From assembly GCA_965219955.1 (NCBI GenBank), contig OZ244799.1, positions 3,712,001 to 3,776,000 of the forward strand: a stretch of 64,000 bases of DNA, given 5' to 3'. This document shows, piece after piece, positions 50,379-60,250 of the stretch. Below the pieces are notes generated by a model. It was not told where the DNA came from. It did not search any database and worked only from the letters and a program-made list of their open reading frames with translations. Position 1 is the stretch's first letter. The number at the start of each line of letters is the position of its first letter. This stretch comes from a bacterium (lineage in GTDB: Bacteria; UBA8248). Made by a program: the position numbers and the translations under genes.

Positions 50379-51182
50379 ATGCCGTTCGTGACGCTGGAAT
50401 CAGGCCTTGAAATTTTTTATGAGATATATGGAGAGGGGCACCCCCTTCTGCTGGTGAGCGGAACGGGGCACGACCACACCTTCTGGTCGGCGCAACTGCC
50501 CCTGTTGAGCGCGGATTACCGCTGCGTCGTCATCGACAACCGGGGGGTGGGCAAGAGCACGGCGCCCCCTCCGGGATATACGCTCGCGGACATGGCGGAT
50601 GACGCAGCAGTCGTTCTGGACGCGGCCGGCGTGGAGCGCGCCCACGTGATGGGTTTTTCCATGGGGGGGCACATTTCCACCGAGCTCACGCTTCGCCACC
50701 CCGGGCGCGTTGTCAGCCTGGGGCTCCACCACACCTGGGCGAGGAACTGCCCGCGGCTGGGTTCTTTTCAGCGCGCCCGCATGCGCTTCGCCGCGCGCGG
50801 GGAGCGCGAGGCGCTCGTGGAACTGAGCCTCCTGGGGCTGTATTCCCATGAATTCTACGATGCGAACGCCGAGCTTATGGAGCAGAAAAGACGCTGGCTC
50901 ACCGAGCAATCCGGCGTCGACCTGGGATGGGAGGGGCAACTGCTCGCCTGCCTGGAAGGGGATACCCTCGAGCGTCTCCACCGGATACGAGTTCCCACGC
51001 TCATCACCTGTTCGGATCGCGACCTGATCGTCGACCCCCACCACGCGAAGGAAATCCACGAGCGCATCGAAGGCTCGAAGCTCATCATCATGGAGGGGAC
51101 GGGCCACGTGGCGCTCATCGAGCGGCCCGATGCCTTTGCGAGCATCTGCCATGAGTTCCTGGCCTCCCTGCCGCCGGGATAG
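50379..51182 (+). CDS. Alpha/beta hydrolase
   Basis: DNRGVGKS, GFSMGG, GTGH. Confidence 0.9.
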   Translation: MPFVTLESGLEIFYEIYGEGHPLLLVSGTGHDHTFWSAQLPLLSADYRCVVIDNRGVGKSTAPPPGYTLADMADDAAVVLDAAGVERAHVMGFSMGGHISTELTLRHPGRVVSLGLHHTWARNCPRLGSFQRARMRFAARGEREALVELSLLGLYSHEFYDANAELMEQKRRWLTEQSGVDLGWEGQLLACLEGDTLERLHRIRVPTLITCSDRDLIVDPHHAKEIHERIEGSKLIIMEGTGHVALIERPDAFASICHEFLASLPPG

Positions 51183-51450
51183 AGAGTCACAGGCGACCGC
51201 CTGTCCGGGGCGAGTGACCGCCCGGCCCGACTTTCCTGGAGCGCCTGAAGCCGCCGCCGGTTTGACAAAAGCCCTGGGCTTGAGGCAAGAAAAAACGGTT
51301 TTATCCTCTTAGGTCATACAGCCGGACGGCATCGGGACCCGGAAAGCGAGGTGTGTCATCCTCAAGAAGATTTTCGGCTGGTTCGCGCAAAAGAACGACC
51401 CCCCCTCGGGAGGCGGGTCTCCTCCTTCGGGTGGCGGCTTCGGCCTGCCC

Positions 51451-52008
51451 ATGGCGCCGGACCAGGTGGAGCAGGAGGCCCTTTTCGCCGAAAAAATCGA
51501 AGCCCACGGTAAATGGCTGCAGAGTTCGGGCGCGCGCGGGGAGCGCGCCGACTTCTCTGGCGCGCATCTGGAGGCCATCAGCCTTTTCATGGTGAATCTC
51601 TCCAAGGCGGATCTGCGCGATGCGCGTCTCGCGGGCGCCAACGCGCAATGGGCGAACCTGGACGGGGCGGACCTCGCCGGCGCCAATCTCGAAGGGGCCG
51701 ATCTGTTCCAGTCCAGCCTCGAGGGGGCGAACCTCACCGGCGCGCGGATGGCCGGGGCGAACATGATGTCGGCGGATCTCAAGTTCGCGGATCTGGCGGG
51801 TGCCGACTTGAGCGGAGCCGACCTGCGCGGCGCCTCGCTCCAGCGGACGAAACTCGGGGGCGCGAACCTGGCGGACGCGCTCATCGACGACGCCGACCTG
51901 GAACTCGCCGACATCCGGGGCGTCGACCTCTCGGGCGTGAATGGCCTGACGCCCGAACAGGCCGAAGGCGCGCTCAAGGACGGCGAAACGCTCTTTCCGG
52001 ATGCCTAG
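51451..52008 (+). CDS. Pentapeptide repeat protein
   Basis: HGKWL then tandem A(D/N)LxG pentapeptides. Frame is open further upstream, so the start is uncertain. Confidence 0.9.
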   Translation: MAPDQVEQEALFAEKIEAHGKWLQSSGARGERADFSGAHLEAISLFMVNLSKADLRDARLAGANAQWANLDGADLAGANLEGADLFQSSLEGANLTGARMAGANMMSADLKFADLAGADLSGADLRGASLQRTKLGGANLADALIDDADLELADIRGVDLSGVNGLTPEQAEGALKDGETLFPDA

Positions 52009-52124
52009 AAAAGGTGATTTCAAAGACGTTTCGATTTCTTCCTCTCCCCCCTCCCGTCTTTTTCTTTTGCAGGATTCGGTTTATGATGAATTTTTTGGGA
52101 AACAATGAGCAGGAGTGACGCAGC

Positions 52125-53219
52125 ATGCCGCAGACGACGCAGATGGTGGACCAGGAAGTTGATTTGGTGGAGTACTACTACGAGCAGGGTTTCTCGGACG
52201 GGCTTCCCGTCGTCCCGCCCACGCCCGAGAAGATAGACGCCGCCGTCTCGGCCCTGGGCGGCGATAAAGACTACATCGAGTGCCGCGTGCCGCCTCGCTG
52301 GGGCAACCTCACGAGAGAGGTTCTGGCGATCAACATGGTGATGGCGGGCTGCAAGGCGGAGTACGCGCCCGTCGTCCGCGCGGCGATGCTCGCGCTTTGC
52401 GACCCCCACTTCAACCTGAACGGCGTGCAGGCCACCACCCACATGGCGTGCCCGCTCATCGTGGTGAACGGGCCGGTTCGCGGCGAGATCGGCATGAACG
52501 CGGGCTGCAACGTGTTCGGCTCGGGCAACCGCGCGAACGCGACGATAGGCCGCGCGGTGCGGATGATGCTCCTGAACGCCGGCGGCGCGTGGCCGGGCGA
52601 CTTGGACAAGAGCACCCTGGGCTGCCCCACGAAATACACCTACTGCATCGCCGAGAACGAAGAGGCCAGCCCCTGGGCGCCCTACCACGTGGAACAGGGC
52701 TACGCGCCCGAGGATTCCACGGTCTTCGCTATCGCCGCCGAGGCGCCCCACAGCGTGACGAACCACATCTCGGATGATCCCGAGGGCATCCTCGACAGCA
52801 TCTGCTCGGCGATGAGCACCATCGCGCATAACAATTCTGTGAGCAGCGGCTCGTGCGCCGTCGTCATCAGCCCCGAGCACGGGGCGACCATCAGCGCGAA
52901 GAACTGGACGCGAAACGACGTGAAGAGCTATCTGTGGATGCACACAAAGAACACGTTCGCCGATATCTCGTTCAACCACCGCTACGGGAAGGTCTACAAC
53001 CGCAACATCCCCAAGTGGTACAGGCGGGAGCCTGACGAGAGAATCCCCATCGTTCCCAGTCCCGAGAACATCCACCTGTTCGTGGCGGGGGGGGAGGCGG
53101 GCCGTTTTTCGGCTTTCATTCCCGGCTGGGGCCACATGACGAACCCGGTGCTGCGCGCAATCGACGGAAGAGCGCTCGAAGGCGGCCCCGTCTGCGTGGA
53201 CGGCACCTGTCTGCTATAG
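52125..53219 (+). CDS. Conserved hypothetical protein (DGLPVVPPT family), usual partner of UGSC selenoproteins
   Basis: GFSDGLPVVPPT, AINMVMAGC, VQATTH, NRANATIGRA, IAENEEASPW; C-terminal CVDGTC. Confidence 0.75.
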   Translation: MPQTTQMVDQEVDLVEYYYEQGFSDGLPVVPPTPEKIDAAVSALGGDKDYIECRVPPRWGNLTREVLAINMVMAGCKAEYAPVVRAAMLALCDPHFNLNGVQATTHMACPLIVVNGPVRGEIGMNAGCNVFGSGNRANATIGRAVRMMLLNAGGAWPGDLDKSTLGCPTKYTYCIAENEEASPWAPYHVEQGYAPEDSTVFAIAAEAPHSVTNHISDDPEGILDSICSAMSTIAHNNSVSSGSCAVVISPEHGATISAKNWTRNDVKSYLWMHTKNTFADISFNHRYGKVYNRNIPKWYRREPDERIPIVPSPENIHLFVAGGEAGRFSAFIPGWGHMTNPVLRAIDGRALEGGPVCVDGTCLL

Positions 53220-53247
53220 CGTTTGGAATAGAAACCAGGAGGAAACC

Positions 53248-53790
53248 ATGAGTGACGTCATGACCGGCCAGGTCGTCTACGACCCCAGAGGGGTGGTCGA
53301 GGCCGAGGCGCAACCCACCGCAGAGCGCGTCCGGAATTTGAAGGGTCTCAAACTCGGGGTCCTGGACAACACGAAGTGGAACGGGCGCAGGCTGCTCGAA
53401 AAAACCACGGCGCTGATGGAGGCGGAAGGCCCCTTCGCCGAAGTGCATTACTACAAGAAAGAGAGCTTTTCCAAGAACGCGGCGCCTGAACTGATCGCCC
53501 GGATCGCGGAGGAGAACGACGTCGTCCTGACGGCGATTGGCGACTGAGGCTCCTGCACCTCGTGCTGTATGCACGATGCGGTCTCCCTGGAAGAAAAAGG
53601 GGTGCCCACCGCCGTGGTGGTGACGGAGGTTTTCCTGCACGAAGCCCACGTGCAAAGGGCGGCACTGGGGATGAACGACCTCGACCCCGTGGTTATCCAA
53701 CACCCCCTGAGCACGCTCTCGGATGAGGAAATCTCCGCGCGCGCGGGCGATGCGGCTCGCCAGGCGGTGAAGATTCTGCTCGAAGGCTAG
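53248..53790 (+). CDS. UGSC-family selenoprotein; Sec at TGA 53545-53547
   Basis: Track ORFs 53248-53547 and 53569-53790 are in one frame. Read-through gives LTAIGD-U-GSCTSCCMHDAVSLEEKGVPT. Confidence 0.9.
53555..53581 (+). promoter_or_regulatory. Putative bacterial SECIS hairpin
   Basis: TCGTGC(53560-65)-TGTAT-GCACGA(53571-76) stem-loop, extendable by CTGCA/TGCGG. The loop begins 18 nt after the TGA and contains GU. Confidence 0.65.
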
Positions 53791-53801
53791 TCCGGCTTTT
53801 C

Positions 53802-55034
53802 ATGACGAAGCCATTAGAAGGCATCCGCGTCCTCGACCTGACGCAGTTTCTCTCAGGCCCGCAGGCCACGCTTTTTCTGGCGGGGCTGGGGGCCGAGGTC
53901 ATCCGGATCGACAATCCGGCCACGGGCGACCCGGTGGCCTATTCTCCTCCCTATATCGGCGAGAAGGGCGTCTCCTACCATCCCCAGACGGATGAGGACC
54001 TGGGAATGGCCTACTTGAAGCGCACGCGCGCGAAAAAGGCGATTACCCTGAACATCAAGGACCCCCGGGGTCTCGAGATGTTCTACGGGCTCGTCGATCG
54101 CTCCGACATCCTGGTGGAGAATTTCTCCGTCGGCGTCACGAAAAGGCTTAAAGTTGACTACGAGACGCTTCACGCGCGGAAACCCTCCCTGGTCTACTGC
54201 TCCATCACGGGCTACGGCCAGACGGGGCCGGATGCGGGCCTCAAGGGCTATGACGCCGTCTCACAGGCGGCTTCCGGCCTCATGAACCTCACGGGCTTTC
54301 CCGACGGCCCGCCCACCAAGGCGGGCTCCGCGCTCGGCGACAGCGTGGGCGGCACGTTCGCCTTCGGCGCCATCATGACGGCGCTCTTTCACCGCGAGCG
54401 CACCGGGGAGGGCCAGCAGGTCGACATCTCGATGATCGACTGCATCTTCTCGCTGATCTTCGATGAGCCGATGGATTTTTACGAACAGCTGGGCCTCCCG
54501 CCGCGCATCGGCAACCGCATCATGCGGCTCGCCCCGTTCAACGCCTATGAGACGAAAGACGGCTGGGTCATCATCGCCTCGGGCACCAACGCGCACTGGC
54601 ACAACATCCTGCGCGGCATCGAGCGCCCCGAATTGATCGGCGATGAGCGTTACGAGGACATGAGCCGGCGCGTGAGCAGAGTCGCGGAAGTCGACGCCAT
54701 CATCACCGAATGGACGAAGCGCCGCGAGGCGAAAGAAGCGGTCTCTTCCCTGCGCGCGCACGACGTCATCTGCGGGCCGGTGAATAATATCCACGACATC
54801 CTCGCCTGGCCCCACATGCAGGAACGCGGGATGATAGTCGACATCGAACACCCCACCCTCGGAACGCTCAAGAACGCGAAAGCCCCGGGCTTTCCCTTCA
54901 AGTTCAGTGAAATAAAAGGCGGCTACGCCGCCCCCGCTCCGCTCGTGGGCCAGCACAACGCGGAGATCCTCGGCGGTCTTCTCGGCGTATCGGACGCGGA
55001 ATTGAAAGAGCTGGCGGATGAGGGTGTGGTCTAG
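53802..55034 (+). CDS. Class III CoA-transferase (CaiB/BaiF family)
   Basis: PLEGIRVLDLTQFLSGP, LVENF, SITGYGQTGP, GYDAVSQAASG, GEGQQVDISM. Confidence 0.93.
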   Translation: MTKPLEGIRVLDLTQFLSGPQATLFLAGLGAEVIRIDNPATGDPVAYSPPYIGEKGVSYHPQTDEDLGMAYLKRTRAKKAITLNIKDPRGLEMFYGLVDRSDILVENFSVGVTKRLKVDYETLHARKPSLVYCSITGYGQTGPDAGLKGYDAVSQAASGLMNLTGFPDGPPTKAGSALGDSVGGTFAFGAIMTALFHRERTGEGQQVDISMIDCIFSLIFDEPMDFYEQLGLPPRIGNRIMRLAPFNAYETKDGWVIIASGTNAHWHNILRGIERPELIGDERYEDMSRRVSRVAEVDAIITEWTKRREAKEAVSSLRAHDVICGPVNNIHDILAWPHMQERGMIVDIEHPTLGTLKNAKAPGFPFKFSEIKGGYAAPAPLVGQHNAEILGGLLGVSDAELKELADEGVV

Positions 55035-55070
55035 GGGGGCATGAAGAGCGGAGCCTTCGGGTGTTCAGCC

Positions 55071-55862
55071 ATGCGGCATTTTATCTTTCTACTGGTGCCG
55101 GTTTGTTTTCTCTTATCGGGCTGCGCCGCCGGGGTCGACCCCAAGACGCTCGACTTGGCCGATGAGGCGAGCCGCACCTTCGACGCCGCCTACGTCATGC
55201 TCGGGGCAGAGGGCGCGCTCATCGAAGGCAGGATGAGCGACGATTTCGTTCAGCGAAAACTCGCGAGCCTCAAGAAAAAACGCCCCACCGTCGTTTTCGC
55301 GCACGGCTGCACCGGGCTGGGCCGGGGAAACTTGCGCTATATGCGGCTTCTGGCGCGGGCGGGATACGCCGTCATCGCGCCCGACAGCTTCGCCCGCCGC
55401 TATCGTCCCGAAACCTGCGATCCTTCCCGGCGCCGAGGCATAAAGGGAGCGCCGCACCGGCGGGTGGGCCGAATGCGGCAGGAGGAGATCCATCACGCGG
55501 CGTACCGCGTCCGGCGCATTCGGTGGGTGGACCGGAAAAACCTCTTCCTGATGGGACACAGCCAGGGCGGCACCGCGGTCGCCGCTTACGAAGGGGATGG
55601 GTTCAAGGCCCACGTCATCAGTGGTTCCGTATGCTGGCGCGGCGTTCGGTCGCCAAACGGGACGCCCATCCTGGCCTTGTACTCAGAAGACGACCCCTGG
55701 CGGCGGGGCAGGCCTGCCGATTCTTGCCTGCGAAAGGCCAGGGCGCGGGGTGTGAGCATGGCGTTTCATCTCTTCGAGGGCCGGGCGCACAATCTCTCGC
55801 GCAACGAGCAGGCGCGGCGGCTGATTCTCGATTTTCTGAACCGGCACCGCAGAACGGAATAA
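55071..55862 (+). CDS. Dienelactone hydrolase-family lipoprotein
   Basis: Lipobox LSGC; HGCTG; PDSFAR; GHSQGG. Confidence 0.8.
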   Translation: MRHFIFLLVPVCFLLSGCAAGVDPKTLDLADEASRTFDAAYVMLGAEGALIEGRMSDDFVQRKLASLKKKRPTVVFAHGCTGLGRGNLRYMRLLARAGYAVIAPDSFARRYRPETCDPSRRRGIKGAPHRRVGRMRQEEIHHAAYRVRRIRWVDRKNLFLMGHSQGGTAVAAYEGDGFKAHVISGSVCWRGVRSPNGTPILALYSEDDPWRRGRPADSCLRKARARGVSMAFHLFEGRAHNLSRNEQARRLILDFLNRHRRTE

Positions 55863-56001
55863 AATCGCTTCAGGACGCGTCTTGACGTTTCGAGTGTAGT
55901 TGGTTTTCCTGGAACGCTGTTTCACGAGCGGTGCGGCATCGCCCGCGCCCCTGTGGTAGGATTCCCCTTGTCGCGGACTTGAAACCTGGAGGCTCATCTT
56001 C

Positions 56002-56988
56002 ATGCGAATCTGCACTTTCAGCCTGGCGGGCGAGGCGCGCATCGGCGTGTTGTTCGGGGAGAAAATCGCCGATCTCAAGCTGGCCTACGCCCTGTCGCTC
56101 GATGAGGAAACAGCGGCGGAGGCGATGGATCGCGTCGAGGCCGAGGTCCCCGATGATTGCGAGGAGTTCATCGAGGACCTGGAGCTGAACCGTCCTCTCG
56201 CCGAGGAAGCTATTGAGGCGCTCGAAGCGCACGGGAGCAAAAAGGACCCGGTTCGCTTCGACGGCATGCAGGTCGTCTATGAGCACGGTGAAGTCGAGAT
56301 TCTTCCCCCCGTCGTGCCGGACACGCTGTTTTGCATGGCGAGGAACTATGTGGCCCACGCCGCCGAGATGGCGCGCACCGAAGTGGATGATTTCAAGGAA
56401 GAGCTCCCGCTCTACTGTTTCCTGAAGCCCGCCACGTGCGTGAGCGGCCCGTATGAGGACGTGCCCGTCTATCCCTCGATGGAAAAGCTCGATTATGAAC
56501 TCGAACTCGGCGTGCTCATCGGACAGGGCGGCAAGAATATCCCCGTGGACAGGGCCATGGACCACGTGGGCGGCTACACCCTGTTCAACGACATGAGCGA
56601 CCGCACGAGCCTCAACATGGGAAAGTTCATCGACTGGTACGCCATGAAGGCGCCCGACGGCTTCGCCCCCATCGGCCCCTGTATCCTGCTTCCCGAGGAG
56701 GGCCTCGACCCCCACGATTTGAGACTCAAGCTCTGGGTGAACGGCGAACTGAGGCAGGACGCCACCACGGGCGACATGGTCTGGCGGGTCGCCGAGCAGG
56801 TATCGTATCTGTCGGGGATAGCGACCTTGCGGACGGGTGACATCATCGGCACCGGCTCTCCCGCCGGCAACGCCGCCTCGTGGGGGGAATATCTCCAGCC
56901 GGGCGACCTGATAGAGGGCGAAATCGAGGGCATCGGGCGCCAGGCCTTTCGGATCAGGAGCGAAAACCCCGAATATACGCCGGGCTAG
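56002..56988 (+). CDS. Fumarylacetoacetate hydrolase family protein
   Basis: RNYVAH, FLKP, LDYELELGVLIG, FNDMSDR, GDIIGTGSPAG. Confidence 0.92.
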   Translation: MRICTFSLAGEARIGVLFGEKIADLKLAYALSLDEETAAEAMDRVEAEVPDDCEEFIEDLELNRPLAEEAIEALEAHGSKKDPVRFDGMQVVYEHGEVEILPPVVPDTLFCMARNYVAHAAEMARTEVDDFKEELPLYCFLKPATCVSGPYEDVPVYPSMEKLDYELELGVLIGQGGKNIPVDRAMDHVGGYTLFNDMSDRTSLNMGKFIDWYAMKAPDGFAPIGPCILLPEEGLDPHDLRLKLWVNGELRQDATTGDMVWRVAEQVSYLSGIATLRTGDIIGTGSPAGNAASWGEYLQPGDLIEGEIEGIGRQAFRIRSENPEYTPG

Positions 56989-57082
56989 TTCTCCCGGCGG
57001 TTGATTCGCACCCGTTTGCGCATTAAGATTTTCGCATCGATCAATGGAATTCCGAATTGCTGAAACCCGAGAGGGGACCCTC

Positions 57083-58450
57083 ATGAATCCAGCCATAGCC
57101 GAAGCCGAATCCCTGCGGACGATGGACAAGGAACACGTCTGGCATCCGCTCATGAACCATTCCGGGATGGAGGAGAATCCCCTCGACGTCGTGGTCAAGG
57201 CCAAAGGCTCGACCATCCAGGACGCCTCCGGCAGGGAATACATCGACGCCATGGCGGGACTCTGGTGCGTGAACATCGGCTACGGGCGCGACGAGGTGGC
57301 CAAGGCGGCGTACGAGCAGATGCTTGAGCTGGCCTACTATCCGCTGACGCAGGTGAATCCCCCCGCGGCCAGGCTCGCCGAGCGGCTGGCGTCCCTGCTG
57401 CCCGAGGGGGTCGAGCGCGTCTGGTTCGTGAACTCGGGTTCTGAAGCCGTGGACACGGCCATCAAGCTGGCCCGCGCCTATGGCCGCCTGAACGGCGGGC
57501 GGCGGTACAAGATCATCGCCCGCCACCAGGGCTATCACGGGGCGACCATCGGAGGCGCCAGCCTCACCGGCCAGACGCTCCGGCGCGCGATGTTCGAGCC
57601 GCTTCTGCCGGGCGTGATTCACGTGAGCGCGCCCTATTTCTACCGAAGCAACGCGGACACCGAGGAAGAACTCGCGCGGCGGTGCGCGGACGAGTTGGAT
57701 GAGGTCATCCGCTACGAAGACCCCGAGACCGTGGCGGCGTTCATCGCGGAGCCCGTCATCGGCGGCGGGGGGGTGATTCCCCCGCCCGCGGATTATTTGA
57801 AGCGCATGCGCGAGGTGTGCCGGAACCACGGCGTGCTGTTCATCGCCGATGAGGTCATCACCGGCTTCGGGCGCACGGGGGAACTCTTCGCCTCCGATCT
57901 GTACGAGATCGAGCCGGACATCATGACGATGGCCAAGGGGCTGAGCAGCGCCTATCTGCCCATCGGGGCGACGGCGACCACGAACGAGATATTCGAAGCC
58001 CTGAACGCCGAGGGAGACTCGGGCTTTCTGCAGATAAACACCTACGGCGGACACCCCGTCGCCTGCGCGGCGTCGCTCAAGAACCTCGAGATCATGATGG
58101 AAGAGGAGTTGCCCGCGCGCGGCGCCAAGGTGGGCGCATATCTCGGCGGGCTTTTGGGGAAACTCTCCGACATCCCCTGCGTGGGCGACGTGCGGGGCGT
58201 GGGCCTCATCTGGGGGGTGGAGTTGATAGAAGAGAGCGGCGCGCCGCTGTCCACGGCGGCCACGGCGAAGGTGCTGGCCTACGCGAAGGAGCAAGGCGTG
58301 ATCTTCGGCAAGAACGCAGGCATCGCCGCCGGCCCTTCGAACACCGTCACCCTCAGCCCGCCGCTGGTCTTGACCGAAGAAGAAGCCGAGCGCGCCGCCT
58401 CCGCTCTCGACACCGCATTGCGCCGCGTCCAGGCTGAGAGCGGCGCCTGA
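57083..58450 (+). CDS. Class III PLP aminotransferase (omega-amino acid/diamine type)
   Basis: GLWCVNIGYG, SGSEA, YHG, FIADEVITGFGRTG, MAKGLSSAYLP, TYGGHP. Confidence 0.93.
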   Translation: MNPAIAEAESLRTMDKEHVWHPLMNHSGMEENPLDVVVKAKGSTIQDASGREYIDAMAGLWCVNIGYGRDEVAKAAYEQMLELAYYPLTQVNPPAARLAERLASLLPEGVERVWFVNSGSEAVDTAIKLARAYGRLNGGRRYKIIARHQGYHGATIGGASLTGQTLRRAMFEPLLPGVIHVSAPYFYRSNADTEEELARRCADELDEVIRYEDPETVAAFIAEPVIGGGGVIPPPADYLKRMREVCRNHGVLFIADEVITGFGRTGELFASDLYEIEPDIMTMAKGLSSAYLPIGATATTNEIFEALNAEGDSGFLQINTYGGHPVACAASLKNLEIMMEEELPARGAKVGAYLGGLLGKLSDIPCVGDVRGVGLIWGVELIEESGAPLSTAATAKVLAYAKEQGVIFGKNAGIAAGPSNTVTLSPPLVLTEEEAERAASALDTALRRVQAESGA

Positions 58451-58498
58451 TGCGATAGCCGATCACTTATCCCGCACATCATTTCAGGGAGATTTCAT

Positions 58499-59161
58499 AT
58501 GTCCAACATCACCATGCTCGACATCGAGGATCTGAAGAAGACGAAACTCGCTCCTTTCCTCAACAAGGCGCTCAAGCACCGCGCGCCCGACCCCGCCTTT
58601 CACGCCATGCAGGGCCACAACGAGGATCTGGCGAAGTCGATGTACCTCGCCTGGGGCACGGTGTTCAACACCGGCGTGATCGATCACAAGCTCAAGGAGA
58701 TCATCCGCGTCCAGCTCTCGCGCCGCGCCTTTTGCAACTACTGAGGGAACGTGCGCTCTGCTTCGGCGAAGCAGGCCGGCTTGACGGAAGAGATGATAGA
58801 CGAGGGCATCGACAACTGGCGCGAGAGCGAGCTTTTCACCGAGGCCGAAAAGCTGGCGCTCGAATACAGCGAACTCATGGATTCCGAGCCCGAGAAGATC
58901 GACAAGGCCTTCTACGCGAGGCTGCGCGAGCACTACTCGGATGAGGAAATCGTGGAGCTCGGCTCCTTCATCGGCTTCAACGTGGGCTACCACACCTTTT
59001 TCAGAACGCTCGATTTCTACCCCATGTTCACCCCCGACGGCAGGCTGGTGAGCCAGGAGGAATCGCGCCGCATCTACGGCGATTGCCCCGTATCGCACAT
59101 GAGCGGCCCGCTCGAACGCGCGATCGCAGAGGGCGAGGCGCAACGGGCAAACGGAAGTTAG
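58499..59161 (+). CDS. AhpD/carboxymuconolactone decarboxylase-like selenoprotein; Sec at TGA 58742-58744 (CxxU)
   Basis: Track ORFs 58499-58744 and 58751-59161 are in one frame. Read-through gives KLKEIIRVQLSRRAF-CNYU-GNVRS, and the product aligns end to end with the downstream paralog. Confidence 0.88.
58755..58776 (+). promoter_or_regulatory. Putative bacterial SECIS hairpin
   Basis: CTGCTTC(58758-64)-GGC-GAAGCAG(58768-74) perfect stem; G-initiated loop 20 nt after the TGA. Confidence 0.65.
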
Positions 59162-59170
59162 GAGGGGACC

Positions 59171-59776
59171 ATGCCGATTATCGATCCGCTCGAACCCGAA
59201 GCGATTGAAGAGAAGAACTGGAAGCGCGTCATGGAGCGCACTGCCGAGACCCACGCGCCCGATGCGCTCTTCTCGCGCATCATGGCCCATGCGCCCGGCT
59301 ACGCCGACGCCCTGCACGACGCGATGCACCGCTCCCACGCCATGGGCGGGGTGGACCACAAGCTCAAGGAGATGGTCCGCATCCAGCTCGCCAGGACCGC
59401 GCAAGACACCTACTTCGCGAACCTTCGCTCCGAGCAGGCGAAAAAAGAGGGCCTGACGGAAGAACGCATCGAGGCCGCCTGCGGGGATTTCGAGAACGAC
59501 CCGCAGTTCACCGAAGCCGAGAAGTGGGCGCTCCGGTTTTCCTACTGGATGTACCGCGACGCCGCGAGGCTCGACAAGGATTTCTACGACGAGGGCAAGA
59601 AGCACTTCACCGAAGCCCAGATCATGGAGATCGGCGCGATGGTGGCGCTTCACTACGGCCTCCAGGTCTTCATGCGCACGCTCAAGGCCTATCCGCTCCA
59701 CGATCCGGAGGGAAACCCGGTGACGCAGGCGCAGTCCGAGCAGATTTACGGGAAAGACGTGCCCCTGCCTTCTTGA
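59171..59776 (+). CDS. AhpD/CMD-family paralog lacking the redox motif
   Basis: DHKLKEMVRIQLARTAQ-DTYF-ANLRS; FTEAEKWAL; HFTEAQIMEIG. Confidence 0.85.
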   Translation: MPIIDPLEPEAIEEKNWKRVMERTAETHAPDALFSRIMAHAPGYADALHDAMHRSHAMGGVDHKLKEMVRIQLARTAQDTYFANLRSEQAKKEGLTEERIEAACGDFENDPQFTEAEKWALRFSYWMYRDAARLDKDFYDEGKKHFTEAQIMEIGAMVALHYGLQVFMRTLKAYPLHDPEGNPVTQAQSEQIYGKDVPLPS

Positions 59777-59792
59777 GTTTCGCCATCGAGTG

Positions 59793-59824
59793 AAAAGCGC
59801 CCGCCGACCGGCGGGCGTTTTTTT
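59793..59824 (+). terminator. Intrinsic terminator (possibly bidirectional)
   Basis: AAAA-GCGCCCGCCG-AC-CGGCGGGCGT-TTTTTT. Confidence 0.8.
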
Positions 59825-59869
59825 ATGCGGCTTGAAGTGCCGGATGGCGCACAATTCCGGGGAATCGGG

Positions 59870-60250
59870 ACTTGTTGAAAAAGTCCTTCGCGAGGAGGGA
59901 GGGAATCCCGATCATCGAATTGTTTGCCGTAGGGACAGGCCTCCGTGCCTGTCCTGACGAAGGACAACCACGGAGGGTTGTCCCTACAACCGCCAATTCT
60001 CCTTTATCGGACTTTTTCAACAACCCCGACAAGGAGAAGCAGGGGGCAAGCCGAGAGCCTGCGCCTCCGCCCGGGTTCGGGTTTTGGCCGTCATTCCGGC
60101 ATGCGCCGGAATGACGATCCAGGGCGAATGACGTGTATGCCTGCAGGGGCCGTTCGCGAACGGCCCTTGCCGGAGGAACGGGCGCTTCACGAAGCGCCCC
60201 TACGGGTTCGTCTCAAAACGTAAGCGATGCGTAGGGGGCGGGTTTTCTCC
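59870..60250. repeat. Composite REP/MITE cluster
   Basis: GTTGAAAAAG 59874...CTTTTTCAAC 60021 enclosing GTAGGGACAGGCCTCCGTGCCTGTCC; further palindromes downstream. Confidence 0.8.
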
